Positions 28,575-38,088 of a stretch of DNA of 64,000 nt are shown piece after piece. The stretch comes from an uncultured Trueperaceae bacterium (GTDB taxonomy: Bacteria > Deinococcota > Deinococci > Deinococcales > Trueperaceae): contig CAWCXJ010000013.1 of assembly GCA_963799485.1 (NCBI GenBank), positions 192,001 to 256,000 of the forward strand. Reading direction: 5' to 3'. A program made the position numbers and the translations under genes. Under the pieces are notes generated by a model, which saw only the letters and a program-made list of their open reading frames with translations, was not told where the DNA came from and searched no databases. Each line of letters starts with the position of its first letter. Position 1 is the stretch's first letter.

Positions 28575-29592
28575 TACATCTACGAGAAAACGCGCCGGGA
28601 TTCGTGAAGTGGCGGACGCGGCGGGCGTTGCGATTTCAACGGTCTCGCGGGCGCTCCGGGGCTACCCGGACGTAAACCCCGGCACGCGCGAACGGGTGCG
28701 GGCGGCGGCGCAGAGGCTCGGCTACACGCCCGACGCAGCGGGGCAGGCGCTCAAACTGGGCCGCACCGAGACGGTGGCGGTACTCGTTTCGGGGAGTCAC
28801 GGCCCGACCTTTTTAGACGCGTTTTACGCCGAGGTCGTGGGGGGGCTCGAGGCCCAGCTAAGCGCCAACGACCTGAGCTTGCTCCTCGTGCGCGCCGGTA
28901 GCGGTGAGCAGGGGAGCTTACAGGGACGAAGGTTACGGGGCCGGTGTGACGGGGTTGTCGCCCTCGGGTGCGATTTGCCGGTAGCGTTGTTAAAAGCGCT
29001 TGCTGAGGGAGGTGTGCCGCTGGTGCTGGCAGATTTTGAAGGTGGCTGGGACGGCCCGCGTCCTTACATTCCAAGCGTTACGGTCGCCAACGAAGCGGGC
29101 GGCTACGTGGCGACCCGGCACCTGCTAAAGCGCGGACGCCGCAAAGTTGCCTTTATCGCCGAGACGCCGAGCGATACGAACTTTTTACGGCGGCGTGAGG
29201 GGTACCTTCGCGCACACGAAGAAGCAGGCCAGGAGGTCGCAGCTCAAAGACAACAGTCGGGCAGTTTGGGGCCGGACGGGGGCTATCTGGCCACCCGAAA
29301 ACTGCTCGCGGCAACCCCTTTCGACGCCATCTTTGCCGCCAACGACACGGCAGCGTTCGGTGCGCTGCGGGCGCTTGCCGAGGTCGGCGCGCGCGTACCC
29401 GACGACGTGGCCGTGGTGGGGTTCGACGACGTCGCGCTTGCCCGTTACAGCCACCCGCCGCTGACAACGGTGCGGATTCCGCGCCGCAAGCTCGGTACCG
29501 AGGCGGCGGTGCGGTTGCTGGCAAGGCTCGGGGGTCAATCCGCAAGCTCCCTCGAGTTACCCGTTTCGCTCGTTGTGCGCTCGAGTTCCTAG
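28561..29592 (+). CDS. LacI-family transcriptional regulator
   Basis: IREVADAAGVAISTVSRAL HTH, then VPDDVAVVGFDD and PPLTTV. Confidence 0.95.
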   Translation: MSLSSTSTRKRAGIREVADAAGVAISTVSRALRGYPDVNPGTRERVRAAAQRLGYTPDAAGQALKLGRTETVAVLVSGSHGPTFLDAFYAEVVGGLEAQLSANDLSLLLVRAGSGEQGSLQGRRLRGRCDGVVALGCDLPVALLKALAEGGVPLVLADFEGGWDGPRPYIPSVTVANEAGGYVATRHLLKRGRRKVAFIAETPSDTNFLRRREGYLRAHEEAGQEVAAQRQQSGSLGPDGGYLATRKLLAATPFDAIFAANDTAAFGALRALAEVGARVPDDVAVVGFDDVALARYSHPPLTTVRIPRRKLGTEAAVRLLARLGGQSASSLELPVSLVVRSSS

Positions 29593-29645
29593 TTTCGTCC
29601 AAATCTGTAAATCCAAGTTTTCGCGCCGGTCCCAAGGAGTTTTTT

Positions 29646-30554
29646 GTGAAGTTTCAACGCCACTACGCCCCCGTTCTCGTTCCCAACCCCGAAAATGCCT
29701 GGGAAGCCGTCAACGTCTTCAACCCGTCGGTCATCGTCTATAACGGTCTCTTTCACATGCACTACCGCGCCCAGGGCTACGACTATGTGTCGCGTATCGG
29801 TTACGCCGTATCGACCGACGGCGTAACCTGGAACCGCCTGCATAGACCCGTCCTCAGCCCAAGCAGCGAGCAGGACGCGCGCGGCGTCGAAGACCCCCGC
29901 GTTACCGAACTCGGCGGGCGCTTCTACATGGCCTACACCGCCTTCGACCGCGACAGCCCCTTTCCCGACGTGGGCGTCGTGCCGCAGGGCATCACCCCGA
30001 TGTACGCCGTGTCGGACAACCTCATCACCTGGGAAAAAATCGGGCCGGTCGTCCGGCACGAAGACAACAAAGACCACGCCCTCTTTCCTGCCAAAATAGA
30101 CGGGCGTTTCGTCACCTTTCACCGCCGCCCGCCGAGTGTCTGGCTGGCCTTTAGCGACGACATGTGCAGCTGGGAAGACCACGTGGAGATTCTCTCGCCG
30201 CGCCCCGGCCTCTGGGACGGCAAACGGGTCGGGGCCGGGGGGCCGCCCATCTTGACCGATGAAGGCTGGCTGATGATTTACCACGGCTACGACGACGCAC
30301 ACGTTTACTCTATGGGCGTCGCGCTCCTTGACAAAGACGACCCCACGAAAGTTCTCAAACGACCCGAGGCGTCGGTGTTGGAGCCCCATACCGCCTGGGA
30401 GCTGCGCGGCGACGTGCCGAACGTCGTGTTCGGGACGGCGAATCCGGTCGTGGACGGCACCGTTTACCTCTACTACGGCGGCGCAGACCGGGTGGTCGGG
30501 CTGGCAAAAGCCAACCTCGAGGCGCTCCTGACCTGGACGCTGAAACACGGCTAG
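29646..30554 (+). CDS. GH130 beta-mannoside phosphorylase
   Basis: VFNPS, YRA, EDPRV, NKDHALFP..HRR, IYHG, VPNVVF and YYGGAD. The basic residues expected for phosphate binding are present. Confidence 0.9.
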   Translation: MKFQRHYAPVLVPNPENAWEAVNVFNPSVIVYNGLFHMHYRAQGYDYVSRIGYAVSTDGVTWNRLHRPVLSPSSEQDARGVEDPRVTELGGRFYMAYTAFDRDSPFPDVGVVPQGITPMYAVSDNLITWEKIGPVVRHEDNKDHALFPAKIDGRFVTFHRRPPSVWLAFSDDMCSWEDHVEILSPRPGLWDGKRVGAGGPPILTDEGWLMIYHGYDDAHVYSMGVALLDKDDPTKVLKRPEASVLEPHTAWELRGDVPNVVFGTANPVVDGTVYLYYGGADRVVGLAKANLEALLTWTLKHG

Positions 30555-30616
30555 CAGTTAGATCGGCTGTCTGACGGCGTGGCCGCTGAGCTGCGCCGCT
30601 CTCAGGGGGAAATGAG

Positions 30617-32641
30617 ATGGTAAAGCGATATTTAGGAACGTTTTTCGTTTTGACGTGGCTGTGCTTTTCGGTTGCCTTTGCAGCTGCGTCACAAACGCCT
30701 ACCAAACCACTGACGAACTTGTCCCACCTCGATTTTCTGACCCAGACCTTTACGCCGCCCGAACAAGCGGGTCACAGCACCTACCGTTTGGCTGAAAACC
30801 CCGAACTGCTGGCCCTCTGGACTTACGCCGAACCACTGGGGAATGGCAGCTACCGCCGCATCGGTGGGGGAGACTACGACGCGGCGACCGACACCTGGAG
30901 TCAGGGCGCGTTTAACGCCGACGACCTGACCCGCGCGGCTATCGTTTATCTGCGGCACTGGCAGCAAACAGGTCGGGCGAGCAGCCGTGCGTCGGCGTAT
31001 GAGCTCCTGCGAACCGTCGCCTATTTGCAGACGCTAACGCCGGGGCCAAACGCGGGTAACGTCGTCTTGTGGCTACAACCGAACGGGACCTTAAATCCGA
31101 GCGCCGAACCCGTCGAACTGCCCGACCCGTCGGATTCCGGCGCGTCATACTGGCTGGCCCGGACGGTGTGGGCGCTGGGTGAAGGGTACGCGGCCTTCGT
31201 AGAGGACGACCCGGAGTTTGCGGCGTTTCTAGAGGCGCGGTTAGAGCTGGCACTAGGAGCCTTGGAGCGTCAAGTCTTGGTCAACTACCCCAAGACCGAA
31301 ACGTTTCATGGATTTGAAAACCCGACCTGGCTCATTAATAGTGGCGCGGACGCTTCAAGTGAAGCCGTTTACGGTCTCGCGGCGTATCTCCGCGCCACTT
31401 CAAACCCCAGGGCCGAACGTGCGCTGCGTCAACTTGCCGACGGTCTGCTGCTCATGACTTCTGCTACCCGAACCGAGTTCCCCTTCGGCGCAACCCTGCC
31501 GTGGACGGGCTCGAGGTCGCTCTGGCACGGTTGGGGCGCGCAGATGGCGGGGGCGCTGGCAATTGCCGGCGACGCGCTGGGTGAACCCGCCCTGATCGAC
31601 GCGGCCCGTCATGAAATGAGTACTTTCGCCCCGCTCCTGCTGGTTCAAGGCGGCGCCGATCAGGGCTGGACGCCGACCCCGGCGGAAACGGTGCAAATCG
31701 CCTACGGTGCCGACGCGCTGCTGCGCAACCTGCTGGTGGTTGCCGACATCACCGGCGAAAGGGTGTTCGAACAGCTCGCGGGCATCGCCGGAGCGTGGTA
31801 CTTCGGGAACAACCGGGCGACTGCGCCGCTGTACGACGTAGCTACGGGGCGCACCTTCGACGGGCTCGAGCAGGACGGACGCATCAACCCCAATTCGGGA
31901 GCCGAAAGTACGATTCACGGGCTTCTGTCGATGCTGGCTTTAGACGCCCACCCGGAGGTAAAAGCGGCAGCTTACGGCGCAACGCGCACGCTACAACAAG
32001 GCTGGCAACTCGTAGAGGCCGAGTCCGGTACCCTTACGGGTGGTGAAGTCGTCACGCCGGAGAGCGCCTGGAACGGTGAAGGGTCGTGGAGTGGCGGCGC
32101 GTATGTGACGCTCTCCCCGGGTGGGCGGCTGGGGCTGGAGCTCGCATTGCCCGAGGCCGGACGTTACGCCGTCCTGCCGGTTTTCGAGCAGCAACCCGTG
32201 CTCCGTTTTGCGACGGGTGCAGAGCTTGCTTTGGGAGAACAAGCCTATACGCTCTGGTTAGGCGGCGCGGGCGACCCCGGCGTGTCGCCGAACGCGGGTT
32301 TGCTCACGGTGGCGCTGGCGGACGCCAGGGGCACCGTAAAACCGCTGAACGCAGGTGCGGTACCGCTGAACGTTTCTACAACCGGCAAGTCTGCCAAGCT
32401 CGACGCTTTTTTAGTCCGGCCCGAGGTCGCGCGCCTCGAGCTTTCCGGAAGCACCCGGCAAACCTTGCTGCAGAGCTTCGCCCCGCAGCGGCGGGTACTC
32501 GAGCTTGCGTTTTCCGGGGATAGGGCTAGGGGTTACGTTTACGATGAAACGGGCGCGCTGACAGAAACGGTTTTGGGGCGGGGTGGACGAGTACGTGTGC
32601 CTGTCGTGGCGGGTGGCTTCAGCTACGTCTCGTCACCCTAG
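30617..32641 (+). CDS. Secreted protein: putative (alpha/alpha)6 glycosidase-like domain plus a C-terminal CBM-like beta-sandwich
   Basis: Signal peptide (AFA-A), ADDLTRA, FDGL..NPNSGAEST, and VEAESGTL..WSGGAYV. Confidence 0.65.
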   Translation: MVKRYLGTFFVLTWLCFSVAFAAASQTPTKPLTNLSHLDFLTQTFTPPEQAGHSTYRLAENPELLALWTYAEPLGNGSYRRIGGGDYDAATDTWSQGAFNADDLTRAAIVYLRHWQQTGRASSRASAYELLRTVAYLQTLTPGPNAGNVVLWLQPNGTLNPSAEPVELPDPSDSGASYWLARTVWALGEGYAAFVEDDPEFAAFLEARLELALGALERQVLVNYPKTETFHGFENPTWLINSGADASSEAVYGLAAYLRATSNPRAERALRQLADGLLLMTSATRTEFPFGATLPWTGSRSLWHGWGAQMAGALAIAGDALGEPALIDAARHEMSTFAPLLLVQGGADQGWTPTPAETVQIAYGADALLRNLLVVADITGERVFEQLAGIAGAWYFGNNRATAPLYDVATGRTFDGLEQDGRINPNSGAESTIHGLLSMLALDAHPEVKAAAYGATRTLQQGWQLVEAESGTLTGGEVVTPESAWNGEGSWSGGAYVTLSPGGRLGLELALPEAGRYAVLPVFEQQPVLRFATGAELALGEQAYTLWLGGAGDPGVSPNAGLLTVALADARGTVKPLNAGAVPLNVSTTGKSAKLDAFLVRPEVARLELSGSTRQTLLQSFAPQRRVLELAFSGDRARGYVYDETGALTETVLGRGGRVRVPVVAGGFSYVSSP

Positions 32642-32658
32642 CGCATAAAGTGCAAAAG

Positions 32659-32690
32659 AAACCCGGAGCCAATTAACAGCTCCGGGTTTT
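32659..32690. terminator. Bidirectional intrinsic terminator
   Basis: AAACCCGGAGC/GCTCCGGGTTT stem with T-runs on both strands, between the converging CDS and tRNA. Confidence 0.8.
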
Positions 32691-32767
32691 TGGTCGGGGC
32701 GAGAAGATTTGAACTTCCGACCCCGTCGTCCCGAACGACGTGCGCTACCAGGCTGCGCTACGCCCCG
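32691..32767 (-). tRNA. tRNA-Pro (CGG)
   Basis: CGGGGCG/CGCCCCG + ACCA; anticodon arm CGTCG-TTCGGGA-CGACG; GTTCAAATC T-loop. Confidence 0.97.
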
Positions 32768-32821
32768 ACGCAAGAGCTTAGTCTACAAAAGCGCGGGCGC
32801 GGGCGTCAAGCCGCGTTGAAG

Positions 32822-33175
32822 CTAAAAGGCGGGCAAGAGCGGCGTCGCAAGAAGTCGCCCCGAGGCAATCTGCACGCCGACTAAAACGAGCACCAAAACG
32901 CCGACCCAGGCTCCGATAACCACCTTGCGGTTTTGATTCCGCGCGACCCCGTGGGCGAGCCCAATCGCCGCAATCATAAACACCGGGTGCCAGACCGAGA
33001 CCTGCCGCCCCGACACGGCGTAAAGGATAAGTCCGATCAGCACGTTGATGTCGAGCAGCACCGGGGCAATTCGCTGCAACGCGCCGCGCCGCCGAATGGC
33101 AAACCAGACCAGCGCGATGATGGGGACAAGTTGTAAAAACTGGCCGTAGTAGTTGTGGATGTTGTAAAGCGCCAT
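32822..33175 (-). CDS. Small membrane protein (about 4 TM)
   Basis: GGAGG RBS and hydrophobic segments containing His residues. Confidence 0.75.
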   Translation of the reverse strand: MALYNIHNYYGQFLQLVPIIALVWFAIRRRGALQRIAPVLLDINVLIGLILYAVSGRQVSVWHPVFMIAAIGLAHGVARNQNRKVVIGAWVGVLVLVLVGVQIASGRLLATPLLPAF

Positions 33176-33420
33176 AAAACCTCCAAGTAGAGGCGACTAT
33201 AACGCGCTTTGGTTCGGCCTGAGCAGAGTTAAATGTCCTTATACGGGATTAGGCACTACCGTGCTATTCGGGAAACGTCAAAAGGCTGTGTTGAGATGTC
33301 CAAGGCAAGGTAACTTCTAGTGAGCTTTTTGTAGCCTCGCGGTAAGTCACAACCGTTTTGTCGTTTCAGCATAGAAGGAGGCACGGGTCGTTTAGGGGCC
33401 CGAGACAGGGGGAGACGAAG

Positions 33421-33768
33421 ATGATTAATTCAAAAGCGCTGAGTTTACCCGGCGTTCGCACAACCTGCAAAAGCTACACCTCGCTGATTGTCGCAGCGCC
33501 GCGCGCCGAACTCGAGGCCCACCCCACCGAGTACCGTTTGCACGTCGCCCTGCCGGGGGTCGTGCGACACACTATCGGGGCCTGGGTCAAAGCCGACACG
33601 TTGGTCGTCAGCGGCGCGTGGGAGGGTGCCGGGCCGGACGCGGCGGTGCTTTTCGGCAACGTTTACCGGGCCGTATTTTTGCCGGACGACGCCGTGCCTG
33701 CGCTGCTCGCGGTAAGTCTCTGTGCCGGGACGCTGCAAGTTACTGTGCCGCGCCGCCCATCTCGCTGA
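33421..33768 (+). CDS. Divergent Hsp20/alpha-crystallin-like protein
   Basis: EYRLHVALPGV...LVVSG...FG.VYRAVFLP...GTLQVTVPR pattern. GGAG precedes the ATG at 33421. Confidence 0.65.
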   Translation: MINSKALSLPGVRTTCKSYTSLIVAAPRAELEAHPTEYRLHVALPGVVRHTIGAWVKADTLVVSGAWEGAGPDAAVLFGNVYRAVFLPDDAVPALLAVSLCAGTLQVTVPRRPSR

Positions 33769-33787
33769 ACACACGGTTTACGCGCTG

Positions 33788-36115
33788 CTACGTTACTAGC
33801 TGCACCTTCGTGATCACAAAACGGCTCTCCGGCAAAGCGGGCATCTGCGTGAGGTCTACTGTAAGGTTTTGCGGCGGCACTTCGTAGCCGACACGCTTCG
33901 TCAGCACTTCAACTGCCTCTTTCATCAGGGCAATCGTCAGCCATTCGCCCGCGCAGCGGTGGTTGAGGTAGTGGTCGCCGCCGCCTTGCGGAATCAGCGT
34001 ATAGGGGTCGCCCGGCCAGTCTATGAAGCGTTCGGGTCTAAACACTTCGGGCTCGTCCCACAGTGCGGGGTCGTGGTTCGTGCCGTAAAGGTCTAGCAGC
34101 GTGCGCGTGCCCCCCTCAAAACGGAGGCCGCGCCACGTAAAAGTGTGTTTGACACGGGCAGCGGCAAACGGGAAAAACGGATAAAAACGCCGGACTTCCT
34201 GGACGAAGGGCTCGAGGACACCCTCATCGTTCCGCAACCGCTCACGCCACTCGGGATAATCGTGCAGCGCCAGAGCGCAAAAGACGAAATAACGGGCGAC
34301 GGCGACGGTCGGGCGGACGACGTTGAGCAGCTCCACAGCGGCGACGTGTTCGTCTAGCTGTTTGCCGCTCAAGTCGCGGTAGTTGGCGACGCGCTCCAAA
34401 GCCGAACCAGCAGGCGGGTTCACCTCGCCGCGCCGCGTCTTTTGGGTGAGCGCGCCGAGCCAGCGTTCGGCGTCGTGTCGGGCGAGCCGTCCCTCCAGGT
34501 AGTGCGGGCCGAGCGCCGCCGCCGCTGAGATCAAGTCGGCCATTTCACCCGTGCGCCTAGCGACCTCGTCTTCTGCCAGGGGCACCCCCGCCCACGTACA
34601 CGCTGCCCGGAAAAGCAGCTCCATCGTCTCGTCGAACAGCGAGACCTGCTCTGCACCTGTCCACTTCTCGGCGTAGTGGCGCCACTGCTCCGCGCTCAGG
34701 CCGACGATGCGCCCGAGTTCATCGGGCGTCATCAGCGCCATAAACATCGCCTTGCGGTGCTTGTGCGCTTCCCCGTCGAGTCCTTGAACCCCGCCTTGAC
34801 CGAAGAGCGTCTGCGTCAACCGCTTCGGCGCGGCTCCGGCGCGTTTGAAACGCTCGCGGTCGTAAAAGAGTTCGGCCGCGCCGCGCCCACGCATACAGAT
34901 GGTTTTTTGCAGGAGCAGCCGGGTCTCGAACACATCGGTCTCGAGTTCTTGGCAGCGCTTTGAAATAAAGGTGTACCCTTCACTGAGCAGGGCGAGCGAA
35001 CTGTCTAGACCCTCGGTGCGGGGCATAGCTTGTACTCCGGCGTCAGCGACATCGTTGTTGACGACCGTATGAACGGCTTTGGGTGAATACGCCTCCGGGT
35101 CGGACCAAAATGCGTTAAGCACCTCGGCGGTACGCTCCGGCATTTCAAACTGCGGCAGCCCGCGCGACGGTCTAAGCATTACTGCGCGCACGTTTTCGTT
35201 CGCGGTGAGCAGCTCCGGCAGCCGCTCGAAACTCACAAACGCGTCTTGGTCGTAAATGATCAGGGTCGGCACCGCGAGCTGCTCGTAGTAGTGTTTCCTG
35301 ACGTTCGGCGTAAACAGCTTGCCACTGATAAAGGTGAGCGGTGCGTGTTCGGCGCCCGGCTGGTGCGAGCTGAGGTAGCTGTAGTCGGCAAGCTCGCGGG
35401 GCACCTCACCGACAAAGCTCGCCCCTAAAAAGTAGCGGATGCTGGCGGGCGTAGCGATAAGGTCGTAAAACGCCCGCGCCCAAAGGGGTTGCGAAGCGAC
35501 TTTGTAAAACGTGTCGTTGCCGCCCTCTTTGCCTGCCTTGTCCGACGCCCGCGCCTCGCGTTTGGTGTTGAGACCCGTTGGGGAGATAAGTGCGAGCGAG
35601 TTAAAGCGCTCCGGAGCCTGCCGCGCTGCCCGCGCTACGAATTCGCTGCTGAGAGAAAGCGCGACCACATCGGCGGGGCTGCCTAGCTGCGTTTCCAGAA
35701 ACTCGAGTATCGCCGCCGTAAACAGCTCAGGCGTGTAGGCTTTTTTGAGGCGGTCTGAAAACCCGAAACCGGGCAGCTCGAGGGCGTACACGGGCCGGCC
35801 CCGGTAAAGCTCAAAAAGCGGCTTCATCTCGAAGGCGCTGGCGGCGGCGTTGACGCTGTGAATGAGAACTAGTGGTGTGTCCCCTGATTTAGCGCCGTTC
35901 GTGTCGCCGTTCGTATTGCGGTAGTAATTGAGGCGTCCCGCTGCGCGCGTGTAGAAGTCGGTCTTTGCCCCGCCTAAAGCCGGGGGCAGGTCGGCGTCGT
36001 GGTCGATACCCAGCTGGCTGTACAGCCACCAAGCCCCTGCTGCTGCGAAAGCTGAACCTGCCAGAAGGCCTGCGCCCCCAAGTACCGTTTTTGTGATGGA
36101 TTTGGTTGTACGCAT
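33788..36115 (-). CDS. Fusion of an alpha/beta-hydrolase-fold domain and a CYP152 fatty-acid peroxygenase
   Basis: N-half: LIHSVN, ELPGFGFSD, ALSLS. C-half from about aa 364: VQGLDGEAHKHRK, LNVVRP, EVRRFYP and HRCAGE (heme Cys). Confidence 0.9.
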   Translation of the reverse strand: MRTTKSITKTVLGGAGLLAGSAFAAAGAWWLYSQLGIDHDADLPPALGGAKTDFYTRAAGRLNYYRNTNGDTNGAKSGDTPLVLIHSVNAAASAFEMKPLFELYRGRPVYALELPGFGFSDRLKKAYTPELFTAAILEFLETQLGSPADVVALSLSSEFVARAARQAPERFNSLALISPTGLNTKREARASDKAGKEGGNDTFYKVASQPLWARAFYDLIATPASIRYFLGASFVGEVPRELADYSYLSSHQPGAEHAPLTFISGKLFTPNVRKHYYEQLAVPTLIIYDQDAFVSFERLPELLTANENVRAVMLRPSRGLPQFEMPERTAEVLNAFWSDPEAYSPKAVHTVVNNDVADAGVQAMPRTEGLDSSLALLSEGYTFISKRCQELETDVFETRLLLQKTICMRGRGAAELFYDRERFKRAGAAPKRLTQTLFGQGGVQGLDGEAHKHRKAMFMALMTPDELGRIVGLSAEQWRHYAEKWTGAEQVSLFDETMELLFRAACTWAGVPLAEDEVARRTGEMADLISAAAALGPHYLEGRLARHDAERWLGALTQKTRRGEVNPPAGSALERVANYRDLSGKQLDEHVAAVELLNVVRPTVAVARYFVFCALALHDYPEWRERLRNDEGVLEPFVQEVRRFYPFFPFAAARVKHTFTWRGLRFEGGTRTLLDLYGTNHDPALWDEPEVFRPERFIDWPGDPYTLIPQGGGDHYLNHRCAGEWLTIALMKEAVEVLTKRVGYEVPPQNLTVDLTQMPALPESRFVITKVQLVT

Positions 36116-36510
36116 CTTTGTCTCCCCTGGTCCAAGTGTGCCTCAGCAAAGATTTCCTAACCGGAGTCGGGGCTAAGTTTTTGGCAACAACGTTGTTGCG
36201 TAGATTGTCCGAACGACCCAGCTTCAGAGGGTATACGCACAGCCTGATCGCTCGTGTTTTGGAACCTGCTACTTGACGATAGGACCTGTCGAGAGTGTTG
36301 CCCGTAGTGAGAAGGGCAGCGACTCGTTTTACGATTGCACTCAGCCAAAGTGCATTTTGCGGGTTCAGTGGGGTGCCTTTACGGTAGCCGTGACAGCTTG
36401 TATCCGGGCAACGCAACCGGACTGGTGATCATCGCGCTCGCCGCGACCGGCTATATTTACGCGGCGAAAGAAAGCTGAGACGTTAGGTTGAGAAGACGTT
36501 AGAGTAAACC

Positions 36511-37548
36511 ATGAAGCTTTTACGGCGTGTTCCCGAGTGGGTGTGGCGCAAACTCGACGACGCGCTACCGAACTTGAGTCAAGCCGAGCAGAACGAAACG
36601 CTTACGGCGATGCGCGGGCGCGCCCTGGCGACCGTGGACTTTTACGCGCTGATGGTGCTCTCGGCAAGTATCGCTTTTTTGGGTTTACGGCAAAACAGCA
36701 GCGCAGTTGTAATCGGCGCAATGCTCGTTGCCCCGCTGATGAGTCCCATTATGGCGATGGGCTTCGGCGTGGTGACGGGCTATCCGCGTCTTTTCCGGCG
36801 GGCGGCGGCCTCGACACTGGCAGGTATTGTCGCTGCAGTCGGCACGGCGGCGCTGCTTGCGTTTCTTATTCCCTCGAAAGTTCCGACGGCTGAGATTCTG
36901 GCGAGGGCTACCCCTAACTTGCTCGACCTGATGGTCGCGCTCGTCTCCGGGGCGGCGGGCGCTTACGCGACGTGCCGTAAAGAGCTGGCGTCGTCACTAC
37001 CGGGGGTAGCGATTGCCGTGGCGCTGGTGCCGCCTCTCTGTGTGGTCGGTTACGGCTTGGGCGCGGGCCATTTTGATATCGCGCAGGGCGCAGCGCTGCT
37101 GTTTGCCACCAACCTGGCGTCTATTGTCTTAGCTGGTATCGCCGTTTTCTGGCTGTTGGGGTTTCGCCCCTTAAACGAAACGGATTTGCCGAGCTTTCGG
37201 CGCAGCCTCCGCTGGTCTATCTTGGGCGTCGTGCTGCTGACGCTGCCACTTGGTTACGTGTCTTATTTGCAGATTCGGGAAGCGAACACGCAGGCCGCCG
37301 TCGAGCAGATTTTAACCGGCGATTTGGACCCCGCAAAACTCGAGCTGGAAAATATCACCATCACCTCGTCCGGCGAGGCTTACGTGGTGGGTTTTACGGC
37401 TTATGTTTACGGAGAAACGGACGGTGCGGCGAACGTCGGGGAGCTTCAAAGGCGGCTCGAGGGCGTTGTCGGTGGGCCGGTGACGCTCAGGGCGCGGGTC
37501 GTTCCTGCGGAGCTTGGCGTTGTAGGCAGGGTGGGCTCGAGCAGATAA
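36511..37548 (+). CDS. DUF389/TIGR00341-family membrane protein
   Basis: NSSAVVIGAMLVAPLMSP, EILAR..P..DL and GVAIAVALVPPL. Confidence 0.9.
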   Translation: MKLLRRVPEWVWRKLDDALPNLSQAEQNETLTAMRGRALATVDFYALMVLSASIAFLGLRQNSSAVVIGAMLVAPLMSPIMAMGFGVVTGYPRLFRRAAASTLAGIVAAVGTAALLAFLIPSKVPTAEILARATPNLLDLMVALVSGAAGAYATCRKELASSLPGVAIAVALVPPLCVVGYGLGAGHFDIAQGAALLFATNLASIVLAGIAVFWLLGFRPLNETDLPSFRRSLRWSILGVVLLTLPLGYVSYLQIREANTQAAVEQILTGDLDPAKLELENITITSSGEAYVVGFTAYVYGETDGAANVGELQRRLEGVVGGPVTLRARVVPAELGVVGRVGSSR

Positions 37549-37617
37549 TATCCTGTAACGCCGATATAAGGGCGGCTCGAGTCGCCACCTCAACACTACT
37601 TGTTAGTCGTCTGATTG

Positions 37618-38088
37618 TTAATCGTCTGAGAAGGTCTGCGCGAGCGCCCCCCGCACCACCTCGAGCGGAAACCCCCGCCGCGCCAAAAACGCATACGCTT
37701 TGGCGTAGCGTTCACGCGGTTCACCCTTCCAGCGCCATAAGTTTTTTTCAGCCAGCGCCAGAGCATTCTCCAACTGGGTAGCTTCGTCCAGCTCACCCAC
37801 AGCTTTATCGACGAGCGGTTCCGCCACACCTTTACGAAAGAGCTCCTGCCGTAACCGAATCGCCCCTTTGTTGCGGCTGCGCGACCGCACGAACGCTTCG
37901 GCGTAAAGTGCGTCGTCTACCAGTTTTAGCTCCACAAGTTTGGCGATTACCCTTGTAACGGTGTCTTCGGTAGCGCCTTTGCGGGTGAGTTTGTCTTTCA
38001 GCTGCCCCGTCGTGTACGCCTGCCGCCCCAAAAGCCAGAGCGCGTAGTTCCAGGCGCGCTTGTAGGGGTATTCAGGCGTCTCATTCAT
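37618..38088 (-). CDS. recX: Regulatory protein RecX
   Basis: ALWLLGRQ, DDALYAE, GAIRLRQELFRKGV and FLARRGF. Confidence 0.92.
   Translation of the reverse strand: MNETPEYPYKRAWNYALWLLGRQAYTTGQLKDKLTRKGATEDTVTRVIAKLVELKLVDDALYAEAFVRSRSRNKGAIRLRQELFRKGVAEPLVDKAVGELDEATQLENALALAEKNLWRWKGEPRERYAKAYAFLARRGFPLEVVRGALAQTFSDD

Noticed and set aside
29589..30548. 319-aa minus-strand ORF
   Set aside because: Antisense shadow of GH130, expected from GC-rich codon bias.
24004..32767. Intact integrative element between the tRNAs
   Set aside because: No integrase and no duplicated att core were found.
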